A stretch of 64,000 bases of DNA from Octopus sinensis. Taxonomy: Eukaryota. The DNA lies in contig NC_043024.1 in assembly GCF_006345805.1 (NCBI RefSeq), forward strand, positions 19,840,001 through 19,904,000. Direction: 5' to 3'. The notes under the pieces are model-generated. The model searched no databases and had not been told where the DNA came from. It saw only the letters and a list, made by a program, of their open reading frames with translations. Shown here piece after piece: positions 23,591 through 36,561 of the stretch (position 1 is its first letter; every line of letters starts with the position of its first letter). The position numbers and the translations under genes were made by a program.

Positions 23591-24604
23591 ATTTTTTGGC
23601 TCCCTAAGGGAAGGCCTTCCTCTCTTCGGTGTTGTTGGTTATGAATTATTTTTTTGTCTCTTACTTGTTTCGATCATTTGGCTGTGGCCATGCTGGGGCA
23701 CAGCCCTGAAGGATTTTAGTTGAACAAATCAATCCCAGGGCTTATTTTTTTAATGCCTAGTACTTATTCTATTGGTCATTTTGGTCAAACTGCTAATTTA
23801 TGAGAACGTAAACACACCAACACTGGTTGTCAAGCAGTGGTGGGGAACAAACACGGACACAAAGGTACACAGATATACATATAGGGAGATATATATGATG
23901 GGCTTCTTCCAGCTTCCTTACAATTTCCTTCAACTAATTTTCCACTTATAAGTACTTTCTGTTTTAACTCTAGTCTACAATAACAGCAAAAGACAGTCAG
24001 TGCTTGTCCAAGGTACCACACATGTACCAAGGAACCAGGGTACCACATAGCAGAACCAAACCAAAATCAAATGGTTGGTTCCAAAACAAAACTTCCCAAC
24101 CACAATGCCATTCCGAAACCAATAAGATCATGAAGATTTTTAATGAAACCACTCTGACATAACAGTAATAGCAGTACCAATTCCATTGTCTCGAAGACTT
24201 TTAAATCTATTTGTTAAGAAAATTCTTTCTCAAAGACAGTAATTCCATTCTTCTTCGCTAATAAATTACATTTATTTTACCATTTTTATTTCAAACATGA
24301 CAATTCACTTTCCTCTTTCGTATCTTAGATGCAATCTTTTTGTACACTTCATTTGTCATTATGAATTATTTAGAATATGTCTGCTTTCGACTCTGTTCAG
24401 CTCAGATGGTTATATGTGTGTGTCCGTGTGTCCGTGTAGGTGTATACATGCGAATGAGTATGTGTGTCTGTGTTGATGTGATATTGCGTCTGTCTAAGTG
24501 TAATGTGCATAAGTATTAGGCACCTGTGTGTATACCTGTATATGATACACATAACACACCTGTGTGTTTGCTCGGATGTCTGTACATATTGGGTGCATAT
24601 TATA

Positions 24605-24766
24605 GGTGCAGGCATAACTGTGTGGTAAGAAGTTTGCTTCCCAACCACATGGTTCTGGGTTCAGTCCTACAGCATGGTACCTCAGGCAAGTATCATCTAC
24701 TATGAACTCAGACTGATTAAGCCTTGTGAGTGGATTTGGTAGATAGAAACTGAAAAGAAGCCTGTC

Positions 24767-24797
<31 letters not shown>

Positions 24798-25145
24798 AGT
24801 GTGTGGGTGTATGTGTATGTATGTATGTATGTATGTATGTATATATATGTATGTATGTATGTGTATGTATATATATATATGTGTGTGTGTGTGTGTATAT
24901 ATAAATTGCTTTTGCCATATGTGTGTGTGTGTTTGTGTGTGTGTTTATCCCCCCAGCATCGATTGACAACCAATGTTGGTATGCTTACGTCCCCATAACT
25001 TAGTGTTTTGGAAAAAGAGACCAATAGAATGAGTCCTGGGGTTGATTTCTTTGACTAAAAGGTGTTGTTCCAGCATGGCCGCAGTCAAATGACTGAAACA
25101 AGTAAAAGAATAAAAGAATAAAAGAATAAAAGAATAAAAGAATAT
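24605..25145 (+). mobile_element. SINE family B, full length
   Basis: tRNA-like head, internal (TG)/(TA)n, 3' end GACTGAAACAAGT(AAAAGAAT)n. Confidence 0.85.
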
Positions 25146-25221
25146 ATCTATATAGAAAGATACAGCAATTATTCCCAACCAATTTTCTTCTATCATTTAT
25201 TAAAATCTATACAAAGGCAAC

Positions 25222-25760
25222 GAGTTAGCTAAAATTGTTAGCATGCCAGAGAAAATGCTTAGCGGTATTTCGTCTGTTGCTACGTTCTGAGTTCAAATTC
25301 TGCTGAGGTCGACTTTGCCTTTCATCCTTTTGGGGTCGATTAAATAAGTACCAGTTTCGCACTGGGATCGATATAATCGACTTAATCCATTTGTCTGTCC
25401 TTGTTGGTCCCCTCTGTGTTTAGCCCCTTGTGGGTAGTAAAGAAATAGGTATTTCGTTTGCCGCTATGTTCTGAGTTGAAATTCCGCCGAGGTCGACTTT
25501 GCCTTTCATCCTTTTGGGGTCGATAAATTAAGTACCAGTTATGCACTGGGGTTGATATAATCAACTTAATCCGATTGTCTTTCCTTCTTTGTCCTCTCTG
25601 TGTTTAGCCCTTTGTGGGTAGTAAAGAAATAGGTATTTTGTCTGTCTCTACATTCTGAGTTCAAATTCCACCAAAATCAGCTTTGCTTTTCAACCTTTCA
25701 GGGTCGATGAAATAAATACCAGTTGACCACTGGGGTCAATGTAATTGACTAACCCACCTC
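25222..25760 (+). mobile_element. SINE family A, 3-unit tandem
   Basis: Head plus two units restarting at GGTATTT. Confidence 0.85.
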
Positions 25761-26149
25761 CCATGAAATTTCAGGTGTTGTGTCCTATAGTTGATAGGAT
25801 TATAAAAATACATAGGATTTTCTTTTGATGATGGTGGCTTTGGTAAAAGCACTGTTGTCTTTCACACCTATGTACTCTTTGTTTGACCTACTAAAAACAA
25901 TACCTAAATTCCATCAGATCACATACCACTGTCATGACAATAGGAAAGGCACTCCGAGAAATACTGATTAGTGAAGCAGTACTTATAACCCACATAGGCA
26001 AAAACACTGCACAGTATTTTAGGTCAAATGCTAGACTCTTTGAAAAAATATCAAAAAGTTTATCTCTGCAATATGACATTATGTAAAGTAATCAAAATGT
26101 GTTGTGTTAACGAGTTGAATTAATTATGAGTAGTATAAATAAAAATATA

Positions 26150-26398
26150 AACGTGCCCTTTTAAAGCCTAGCCAGGCTCATGGGCCTGGTTTCCCGGTTT
26201 CTGTGGCATATGTGTTCCCCAGCTGGACAGGATGCCAGTCCATCGCAGCGTTACTCATTTTTGCCAGCTGAGTGGACTGGAGCAACGTGAAATGAAGTGT
26301 TTTGCTCAAGAACACAATGCATCGCCCAGTCCAGGAATCGAAACCACAATCTTACGATCATGGTGCTGACACTAACCACTAGGCCACGCGCCTCCACA
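26150..26398 (-). mobile_element. SINE family C, near full length
   Basis: Reverse strand GTGGAGGCGCGTGGCCTAGTGGTTAG (A box) ...GGTTTCGATTCC (B box) ...TTGAGCAAAACACT ...CTGCGATGGACTGGCATCCTGTCCAG. Confidence 0.85.
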
Positions 26399-26542
26399 AT
26401 TATGAGTAGTAGAGAAATTATTGTTAATCAAGTTTTATTGATCCTTTTCATACTGAAGACACCAAGCTGGTGTTTGTATTGAGCTGGCCAACTGGGAGGA
26501 GACCCAGGGGGAGACTAAGGACAAGATCGTTGGATAATATAC

Positions 26543-26703
26543 CACTAATGTAGCTAGAGTGTGTGCTACCTGGGGCAGCCTTTCTGTTTGCCTCCCCTGG
26601 ACCCCCACAAAAACCACATATTGCCTACAGCAGACCCAAAAGTGGGGCCTCTTTAAAAGTGCTGCCCAGGGCAGACCACCCCTAACCCCTAGCGACACCA
26701 GTG
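26543..26703 (-). mobile_element. hAT-type MITE (161 bp)
   Basis: Perfect 8-bp TSD TAATATAC (26535-26542, 26704-26711); imperfect TIRs CACTAATGTAGCTA / TAGCGACACCAGTG; internal match to 62501-62560. Confidence 0.82.
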
Positions 26704-27744
26704 TAATATACATAGTCTTAGCTCTTCATGCCTGGGAATCCATCCAGAAAATCTTATGATGGTTCTTTCCAGCAGTAGGGGTAGAATGAAAATAAATTGG
26801 GTGGATGATATCTATGGTCTCAGCTCTGGGAATCCAGCAGGAAAGGGTGATGACAGCTGCTTTTAATAGGGGCCTGTAGATGAGGTGCTTAAGGACTCTA
26901 GTCTCATGATGCTTCTGGGAATTGTAAGCAGGGAAAATGGAATGGTAGATATTGCAGCATTTTGATGATTTAATTTGTGTTGGGCACCAAACTGGTCCTT
27001 ATACTGGAGCCACCAGCTGGCAGGAGACCCAGGGGTACACTAAGAATGGGGTAGTTGGATAATATACATAATTTTAGTTGGCTGTACTTGGGAATCCAGT
27101 AGGAAATTGTAATGGTGGTTGCTTCACTCACACACACACACACTTTCAGTTTCTGTCTGCCAAATCCACTCACTTGAGGCCATAGTAGAAGACACTAGCG
27201 CATGGTACCATGCAGTGGGGCTGAACCTGGAACCATGTGGTTGACAAGCAAGCTTCTTAGCACACAGACAGTATACATATATAAATCATCCATCCTTTTT
27301 CCATTGGTTCAATACCAATAGACCCTTGGTCCCTGATACAAATAAGACCAGCACAAATAGCAATATGAGGATATTAAAATGAATAACCATGACACATGAT
27401 CCTTAGTACAGGTTAACGAGGGGCACATTAGGATTTTAAATAGAGAGGCCCTTTCAAAAAATATATTGCAGATTACACCTAATGCCGGTGCAACCAACAA
27501 TAAGCTTGCAACATGTTCTACAATGCATTGGGTAGGAGCATAAAAGGTGTGTTTCCCAGGACCCCAAAATGGGTCCAGGAGGAAACAACCATCCTAAACG
27601 AAGCAACCATCAGTTGGGAATTGACAGCTGCTTTTGATAGGACTCTATAGAAGAAAGGCCTGAGGATTCTATATCCCTGTGGTCCTCAAGGAATAGTGAA
27701 TGGAGATGGATGTGTGTGTGTATATATATATATATATGTATATA

Positions 27745-27865
27745 TATAGGGAAAGTTTACGAAAAAAACAAAAGACGAAGACAGATGGTGTACAAAACAA
27801 ACAGATGTATTAGTATAATGCTCAGGAATAGAAAAAGTCTTTTACGTTTCAAGCCTACACTCTTC
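27745..27865 (-). mobile_element. Penelope-like terminal-repeat fragment
   Basis: Reverse strand GAAGAGTGTAGGCTTGAAACGTAAAAGAC...TCCTGAGCAT resembles the 53470-53540 layout; bounded by (TA)n. Confidence 0.5.
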
Positions 27866-29881
27866 TATATATATACCAAGAAAGTTAGGGGTTGTGGATC
27901 CAACCCACTAAGGGATAATACTTATCCAATATACTGTTAGTATAATACCCAAATTATTAATACACAAGTGTTTTTCATCGCAATGCAATGAACTCACTTA
28001 TTGTATTAAATGGGTGAAGGTAAAGAGATATTTTACCATTAATTTATATAGTAAATAAGAGAATGGAGAAACACATTAGTTGGTTTAACAGGTTTAGGAT
28101 ATTAGAATGTTGGCTTATTTATTTATTAAAACGACAACATACATACATATAGTATATTATTCAATGCATATAAGATAATAATACAAGTAGTTGTTAAAAA
28201 AACATGAATATAAATTATTATATATATATATATATACAGAATAATGTCATCATCTTGGTTATGATAGCCTTGTGAGTGGATTTAGTAGATGGAAAATGAA
28301 AGAAGCCCATTGTATGTGTGTGTGTTTGTTTGTTTACATGTCACTTATGTCTATGAAAGTTTTGATGTGGAGGCAGTGTTGTTGTCAGTAAACTTGTCCA
28401 CAAATCACTTGTTCATTGCATTCCTTTGATGCCACATATAATAACACTAGGAAGAGAATCCGACTGCAAAACAATACCTCAAAAACATATTCCCCTAACC
28501 CATGCTAACAATGATTAAATGGACGTAAAAACATGTAAAAAACAAACAAACATTTGGTCCGGCCAATGCATGTCCACTCAGAATGAATCCTTTTTCAATC
28601 TGAAAACGAAATGCAATCAGTAGAGAAAGCTTGCCTGTCCTCTTGCTATTAGAATCTCGTTAATTATTTATTCAGGGAAAGCAATCACTAAGTACAAAGA
28701 GAGACCAAGCGATACTTAGTGTTTATCTCTTCTGCATACATTTCACAACTTAATGGGCCGACAGAGCCAGATGTAATGTTTGGTTTTGCAAAGCTGTTCA
28801 ATTCGCTATTTATAGAGATCAATAGCATAAGTGGATTGGCCAGTCCTCGGTGATCAATATCTATTAAATTGTGAACTGATTACCCCTCTTACATCGGTGT
28901 GTGTGTCATTATGCACTGATACAAAAGGAGACAAGACTACGGAATCAGAAGCACATCAGGTTAAATGCTTGGTGGCAGATCTTCCAACACTTTATGCTCT
29001 GAGTTCAAATTCCAGCAGGGACAACTTTGCTTTTCATCGCTTGGGGGTCAAAAAAATAAATACAATTTCAGTACTGCAGTCGATGTAATCAACTAGCCCC
29101 CCCCCCTCCTCTAAAATTTCAGGAAGGCCTTGTGCCTATATCATTATTATTATTATTATTATTATGTTTTTTCCTTCTTTCTTCAAATTTTTTTCCGTTT
29201 CTCGCCGAGTGTTTTCTGTACACCTAGGGCAGAGAAGCTCATTGTATGCATTCCCAGATTACACATGCAAATTCACAGGTAAAATATGTATTTAAAAAAT
29301 AAAAAATAAATAAATTCATCATCATCATCATCATCATCATCATTATCATCATCATTTTTCAATTCTGTTTCCATTTCTTGTTGAGTGTCTTCCTGATACC
29401 TAGGGCACAGAAACGTACTATTATACATTGGTTGGCCATTAAAGTAGACACACCAGATTGTTCATTTACAAAGTCATGTGACAGAGAAGGGGAAGAAAGA
29501 CAGAGAGAAAAAGGAAAAAATTTTAAAAATGCAAAATAAAAAAAGTAAACAAAGAAAGTAATGAGGGTGGGTGGGGAGAAAATTCACAGAGACAATGCTT
29601 TTCTCAATACATGTGAAGGACCGGTCAAGACAACCTTTTGCACTTCCTGCATGGATGGTAGGCCAGGGATCATCATCATCATAATCATCATTGTTGTCAT
29701 CGTCATCATCATCATCATCACTATCATTTAACATCTGTTGACCATGCTGGGATGGGTTGGACAGTTTGACCAGCACTGTCAAGCTGGAAGTCTACACCAG
29801 ACTCCAGTCTGATTTGGCATGGTTTCTATAGCTGGATACCCTTCTTAAATAATTTTCACTTCCTTTTTCTTCTTCTTCTTC

Positions 29882-29884
<3 letters not shown>

Positions 29885-29916
<32 letters not shown>

Positions 29917-29923
29917 GTTATTA

Positions 29924-29972
<49 letters not shown>

Positions 29973-30185
29973 GGCGGCGAGCTAGCAGAATCATTAGCTT
30001 GCTGGGTGAAATGTTTAGCAGTATTTTGCCCGTCGCTATGTTCCGAGTTCAAATCCTGCCAAGGTCAACTTTGCCTTTCATCCTTTTGGGGGCAATGAAT
30101 CAAGTACCAGTTGAGTACTGGGGTTGATGCAATCGACTTAATCCCCTCCTCCAAATTTCAGGCCTTGTGCCTATAGTAGAAAGGC

Positions 30186-30238
<53 letters not shown>

Positions 30239-30570
30239 ATTTTTATTGTTGTTGTTGTTGTTACCGTTATTATTATTATTATTGTTATTATTATTATGAT
30301 TATTATGTTTATTATTATTATTATTATTATTATTAATATTATTATTATTATTATTAAAATGGTGAGCTGGCTGAATCGTTAGCATGCTGGCAAAATGCTT
30401 AGAAGCATTTCATCTGTCTTATTGTGCTCTGAGTTCAAATTCTGCTGATTTCAGCTTTGTCTTTCATACTCTCAAGGTCAATCAAATAAGTACCATTTGA
30501 GCCAGTGGGGTTGAATGTCATTGACTTACCCCTCCTCCAAAATTGCTGGCCTTGTGCCAAAATTTGAAAA
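29885..30570 (+). repeat. (ATT)n tracts alternating with two SINE family A copies (about 29971-30175 and 30358-30570)
   Basis: SINE heads AAGGCGGCGAGCTAGCAG and ATGGTGAGCTGGCTGAATCG each follow an (ATT)n run. Confidence 0.85.
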
Positions 30571-30606
30571 CATTATTATAATTTTTTTAATGTTTTCTTA
30601 TTTCAG

Positions 30607-30719
30607 GAACCTTCATCCATGGACGACATACAAAGTACGTGTGGCTGCTATCACAAAAGAAGTCCTACAGGGACAAGGACCTTTCAGCTTCGTGAAAACT
30701 ATCAGGACCCTTGAAACTA
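30607..30719 (+). CDS. Internal coding exon, C-terminal half of a fibronectin type III domain
   Basis: Acceptor TTTTCTTATTTCAG|, donor A|GTAAGT; NLHPWTTYKVRVAAITKEVLQGQGPFSFVKTIRTLET matches the FN3 'L.P.T.Y.V.V.A...G.GP.S...T.E' signature; phase 2 to 1. Confidence 0.9.
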
Positions 30720-30755
30720 GTAAGTGAAGGTTTTCTTTTTAGAATCTTGTACTAA

Positions 30756-31601
30756 TCTTAATATATAAAATCCGTTCTGTCTGTTTGTCTGTTTGTGCGC
30801 TTATAACTCAAGTATTGTTCATCTGATCGCACTGAAATTTTAAACATGGATACATGAGAGAGCGGGGCATTCCGAAATCTAAAAAGATTTTCAAAATTGT
30901 TAGTTTCAAAGTGAGAATCGCTATTTTTGTAATCTTTATGTCCCGTTTGTCCCGCCATTAAAACAACCAGTTGCTCAGACAACCGGCACATACGATTTTG
31001 CTAGCAACAAGGGGAATACAGGTTGACAGACAGCCAAAACTGTCGATATGCTGTCTCTCTTCTCTCCTCTCTCTGTGGCGTTAATAATCTTAATCTTTAG
31101 TTACAGTTTCTTATTCAAACTACATAATAGGCAGAATTGTCAGATTAAGACAGTAGGGTGTTTTAAGAGAGATTTGGCAGCTATTTCTACCAGGTCTAGC
31201 TACCATGTAGCGGTCTCCCTTTGGCTTATACATACATATATATATATATATATATTCATCTGAGTTGAAAGATGCCTGTTGTTATGTTCTGTTATTATTA
31301 TTATTATTGTTTTTTTGTATTTATATTCGTATTATTTTGTGGGTTTTTTTGTATTTATATTCGTGTAACATCATTTGTTTTTCTGTCCTTGTTTCGTATA
31401 CATTCGATCCTTTTTCCAAGGAATCTAATGCTTGCAGCTTAGTTTTTTCTTGGGGCTGGCCAGATTGGAGCAATCTCAAGATTAATCAGCCGAAATTGCG
31501 AAGATAATCCGGTTCTTGACTGAAGATTAGAGGCTTCGAATGACCCGTCCATGTTTTTTGTATCGTCTATTTGGATGTTTTGCATTCTTGTCCCATTTTG
31601 T

Positions 31602-31641
<40 letters not shown>

Positions 31642-33260
31642 GAATAAAATACTTAAAGCAACAGGTATCAAATACAAAAGCGAAGGTCCTGGCAGTGTCA
31701 TGGGCCAAAAAAATTTCCAAATTCTTGCCTAATTTGAGCCCAGACCAATCTCTTATCTCTTACACTATTTCAGTATTACGTCTGTATTGTTATGTGAGAT
31801 ACTGTCCTATATATTATATATTCCTTAAGCTTTCCAAAACCAAGTTGCAGATTTTGGTGTATTGGATATCAAAAGATTCAGGACTATTTTGTCTAATTTC
31901 CATTCACATATTTGCATTTCAAAAATTAAACAATCTTTTCCATAAATCAACTATTGCAAAAATTTTACATGATGACGTCACATTTTTATGTGTGTGTGTA
32001 CCTTAAAAGACATCAATCATCATGACACACACCTTCACTCATTCACTCTGTCTCTCTTTCTCTCCCTCTTTCTCTCTCATATACACACATGCAAACACAC
32101 ATACACGCACACACACACACACACGCACGTCCATTTCATATAGACGTACATACAACTTTCACTTTCTTTCTCTGTTCTTTTCGCTTTATCTTCTTTCAAT
32201 TCCTGCTCTCTTCAAATAAAATTTTTATGGATACAACTGCTTACAAAAATAGGGATTAATGTATAATTTCATTCTATGTTCATAATTTTTTGTTTACAAT
32301 ATTGGGAAAAATATGCCACCAAAGAAAGGTTAGTAACGTCCTCATAAAAGTTTCCATAACATATTTTTAAAAGATTTAATTTTTTTAAATTACCTTTTTA
32401 CTTCAAAGACTGTATTAAGCAATTTTCATAGACTTTCAAATATATATGTACGAATATATATATATATATATAATCATATCGAAGGGAAATGGAAATTAAT
32501 AGAAATTTTCACTTTCAGTGGCCTAGCGTGTAAAACATTTAGTCCAAAGACTATATATTATTCATAAAGTACAGTGTACATTTAAACACATAAGGAATCT
32601 CTCCAGTAACAAATATAAAGCAAGGAGGATTGTAGAAAACCGAAGGCGAGAGTCTGAAGAGAGAATCAAGATGAGATTTTTCTCAAGATCAGCAAATGTA
32701 TGTTGCAGCACTTAATGCTGGATCATTAAATCAATGTTTTAATTATTAGACAGAGGTCCAATAGAAAAGCTCTCAGAAACAGACTATGTACAAATTTGTT
32801 CTTCACAAATCCTGAAGCTGTTTTCAGATATGATCCATCCCATTCTAATAAAAATAATAACTATGTCCAAATTGGTGTGCTAAACACAAATTGTCTTTTC
32901 TGTAGAGCTTTAAAATTTTCAAATGAAACAAAAGGTATGTGCTGCTCAGGTGGTCAGGTAACATTGCCAGCACTACTAGCTTCTTCTCAACCTCTTATGG
33001 ATCTTCTAGAAGGCATTTCCATCCAGTCAAAAGATTTTCTGAACAATATCAGACAATACAACTCTGCAAATGACATCATTTGGTGCATCTAAGAAGATAG
33101 ATAAACGTGAATTTACGACGACATCAAAGTTCAAGGGCAAGTCTATCACCTCATTGGTTTCCTGTTATCAACAAATGAACGACCACAATTCCTCCCAAAT
33201 TACTTTATGAGTGATGTAGGGCAACAAACCCGAAACAGGTGTTAAAATTTCAGATGATAG
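30756..33260 (+). mobile_element. Helitron 5' portion with degraded Rep/Hel N-terminal coding sequence
   Basis: A|TCTTAATATATAAAATCCGTTCTGTCTGTTTG 5' end; ORF 32796-33092 VQIG..NTNCLFCRALKFSNETKGMCCSGGQVTLP...FLNNIRQYNS, continuing past a frameshift MTSFGA...KVQGQVYHLIG, typical of Helitron Rep N-termini; no 3' CTAG found. Contains unrelated insertions. Confidence 0.85.
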
Positions 33261-33349
33261 GTCATGTTACACACAGCACCAACTGCTGCAAAAGAGAGTA
33301 CATCCACTGACATCTTCTCAGTGCATTCAAAAATCACAGGTTAGGGCCT

Positions 33350-33860
33350 GAAATACTCCACCATCATCGTTATTACCATCACCATCATCAGAAGCAATAG
33401 AGCCATTGTCATCTTAATTATCATCAACATTACCACCACCACCACCATCATCATTATCATCAGAAGTAATAACACCACTACAAACTCCGCCCTACCACTG
33501 CTAAAGCTCTCACTATCATCATGCCACCACCACTACTCTCACTACCACCACTACCCTCGTCACCACCACTACCCATGCCACCACCACAACCCATATCACC
33601 ACCATTACTCATGCCACCACCACAACCCATGCCACCACCACTACCCATACCACCACCACTACCCATACCACCACCACCACCACCACCACCCATGCCACCA
33701 CCACTTGCCTCACTCCCATGAATACCCTCACCACCACCACTACCCTTTCCACCAACACTACCTTTCCCACCACCACTACCATCACTCCCGTCAATACCCT
33801 CACCACCACCACTACCCTCGCCCCCATTACCACACCCACCATTCACCACCATCAGAATCC
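33350..33860. repeat. (CAC/CAT)n degenerate low-complexity tract
   Basis: Directly visible; source of the Gly-rich and Pro-rich ORFs. Confidence 0.85.
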
Positions 33861-34269
33861 GTAACCCGAATGGTACGGACAACACATAACTGAAAACCAT
33901 TTGCAGCACCACTAATTTGACGCCAATCTCACAAAAAACCAGAATTTCCTAGAATCCTTATTAGAAGAATTAGTAAACCAAAAAGGAAACACCACGAACT
34001 AACGAACAGCCTCGTTATTATAATTTAATTGAATAATTATTGCAAATTATTGATTAGTTAAAACAAAGAAGCCAGATTTATTTAAGAGTTCAATGAGATA
34101 ATAGATTTCATTCGAATATTTTTGGTATTATTAATAGTGAAAGTAGAATAGAATTTATTGGGTCTCTTTTGTGGTTTTGGAGTTTCTTTCTTCCAGGAAT
34201 TATCGCTAAACTATAAATATAATACAGTGGGAGTTTGTTCCGTGTTCTTAAAGTTTCCGTTTAATTAAT

Positions 34270-34579
34270 GTATATTCGTATGTGTGTATGTGTGCATGCG
34301 CACACGTGTGTGTACATGTGTGTATGTGCATATGTATATGTGTTTCGCTGTGTATATGTATATATGAATGTATATGTGTGTGTGTGTATGTGCGTGCATA
34401 TAAATATATATGTATATTGTGTGTGTATATATATGTAAATGTGTGTGTGTGTAAATATATATATATATGCATGTATTTGTATGTACATATATACACAAAG
34501 ACACGCATATATATATCATTGTATATGTATGTTTATATATACATGTATATATTTATATGTGTGTGTAAATATGTGTGCC

Positions 34580-34635
<56 letters not shown>

Positions 34636-34770
34636 TGTGTGTGTATGTGCACGCACACACACACATATATATATATATATGTATGCGCGTGCACGCACAC
34701 ATATATCAGTGTATATGTATGTTTATATATGCATGTATATATCTATATATATATGTGTGCATATATATAT
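34270..34770. repeat. (TG)/(TA) compound microsatellite
   Basis: Directly visible. Confidence 0.9.
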
Positions 34771-35208
34771 TTTCAATGATTCAATGCTTTCCTTTGTTAT
34801 GATAAACAAAGAAACAAACCTGAAACACATTCCATATTGAAAACAATAATATATACAGGGATAACCAAGAGGTTCCTGGTTCTAATTCAGCATCTTCTAC
34901 TGTAGCTTTGGGTCGAATTTTACAAGTGAAATATGGAAACTGTATGGAATTCTGCTTTCTGTGTATGTTTGTGAGATCAACTGAAGTCTTGTAGATGAAT
35001 TTTATATATGGAAACTGCAAGAAGCCCTTGATGTATATATATATACATACAGTACGGATTTTTGTCAGTGAACAGGTCGCGAATTTTAGCGACGAAAATA
35101 TTTTGACAAATTAAACTTAAATGGCTTACAAACACCTTCCACGCTGCAATTGTTTTTGTTTCAGCACACAATCTCAGATCAAATCACTTGCTATGCGAGT
35201 ACATCTCC

Positions 35209-35262
<54 letters not shown>

Positions 35263-36029
35263 TAAAACTTACTTGGAAAAGGGTGCGTGGTGTTCGATCA
35301 TATAATAATATAAATAATATATAAATATATGTATATATACACACATATATGTACATACCTACATCTATATGTATATATAAATGCATATATAGGTACAGGA
35401 CATAAAGAAAACATTGAACACAAAGAGAAAAGAAAACATAAAAACAAAAACATGGAAACAAACTTTTTTCAAACAACAAAAAAACAGAGTATAAGACATA
35501 TGGCACAAGGAATATTCCCCTTCTTCAGTTGCCCCTGTTTCGTCTACTCCGCGTTTCAATATATATATATATATATATATAGTAGTATATAATTAAAAGG
35601 GCAGGCAACAGGTTGCTCTGCTGCATACCAAAAGAATTAGAAATGGCAGTCAGAGACTGTTTATTACTATTTTCTACAAGTGGAGGCTCCATATACGACA
35701 CAACCCTGTGATTCACATACGCAAAACCGGAGTAGTAAATAAACAAAAACAATCTCTTACCGTTAATGGTGAACATGTTTCTAGATCGTAGGCGAGAAAT
35801 TGCCTAATTTCTTTGAGAGAGGGACAGACAGACAGAATGTTAGTTATGGCCTGTTCATAGGGTTGCATAGCGTTTCATGTCCAAAAGGCACTTCTATAAC
35901 TTAGAGTGTGCTTCACTTTCAGATTTATGATTTAATGCTGTGTGTGTGTGTGGTGTGTGTGTGTGTGTGTGTGTGTGTGTGCATATGTGTGTAATGAAAA
36001 CACTCACACCCTAGTAAAAAACTTCTTCT

Positions 36030-36160
36030 CAAGAAAGGTTAGTAACATCGTCGTAAAAGTTTCCATATCATATTTTTAAAAGATTTTATTTTTTTGAATT
36101 ACCTTTATACTTCAAAGACTGCATTAAGCAATTTTCATAGACTTTCAAATATATATGTAC

Positions 36161-36193
<33 letters not shown>

Positions 36194-36318
36194 CATATCG
36201 AAGGGAAATGGAAATTAATAGAAATTTTCACTTCCAATGGTCTAACGTGTAAAAAATTTAGTCCAAAGACTATGTATTAGTCATAAAATACAGTGTACAT
36301 TCAAACACATAAGGAATC
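36030..36318 (+). mobile_element. Second copy of Helitron internal segment (paralog of about 32322-32619)
   Basis: AAGAAAGGTTAGTAAC...AATCATATCGAAGGGAAATGGAAATTAATAGAAATTTTCAC...CACATAAGGAATC is shared between the two loci. Confidence 0.85.
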
Positions 36319-36525
36319 CACTCGTGGGATTCAACATGCTAAAAAGAACAGATAGGTTCTATAACCACAAAATTATTTTCTAAACTAAAATCAGAAACCA
36401 ATTGGTCCAGGAAACTAGATGCTAAAAAGTTTTTATTTTTTCCTTTCATTTCTGTTAAATTTTATCCCTAATTTTGTGTTTATAGAAGCTAGCTGTTATT
36501 TCTAGCATGTTGAATCCGACGAGTG
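36319..36525. mobile_element. MITE with 33-bp TIRs
   Basis: CACTCGTGGGATTCAACATGCTAAAAAGAACAG versus the reverse complement of 36493-36525, CACTCGTCGGATTCAACATGCTAGAAATAACAG. Confidence 0.75.
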
Positions 36526-36561
36526 TTTATGTGTTTAAATGTACACTGTATTTTATCAATA

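Noticed and set aside
31515-31545. CTGAAGA...CGAAT as a hammerhead
   Set aside because: GAAT instead of GAAA and no convincing stems.
33478-33912. Gly-rich 144-aa ORF resembling a structural protein
   Set aside because: Derived from a degenerate (CAC)n tract; the opposite strand is equally open.
35500-35560. CTGAAGA and GAAAC on the - strand as a hammerhead
   Set aside because: Motifs are in the wrong order and no GAAA follows stem II.
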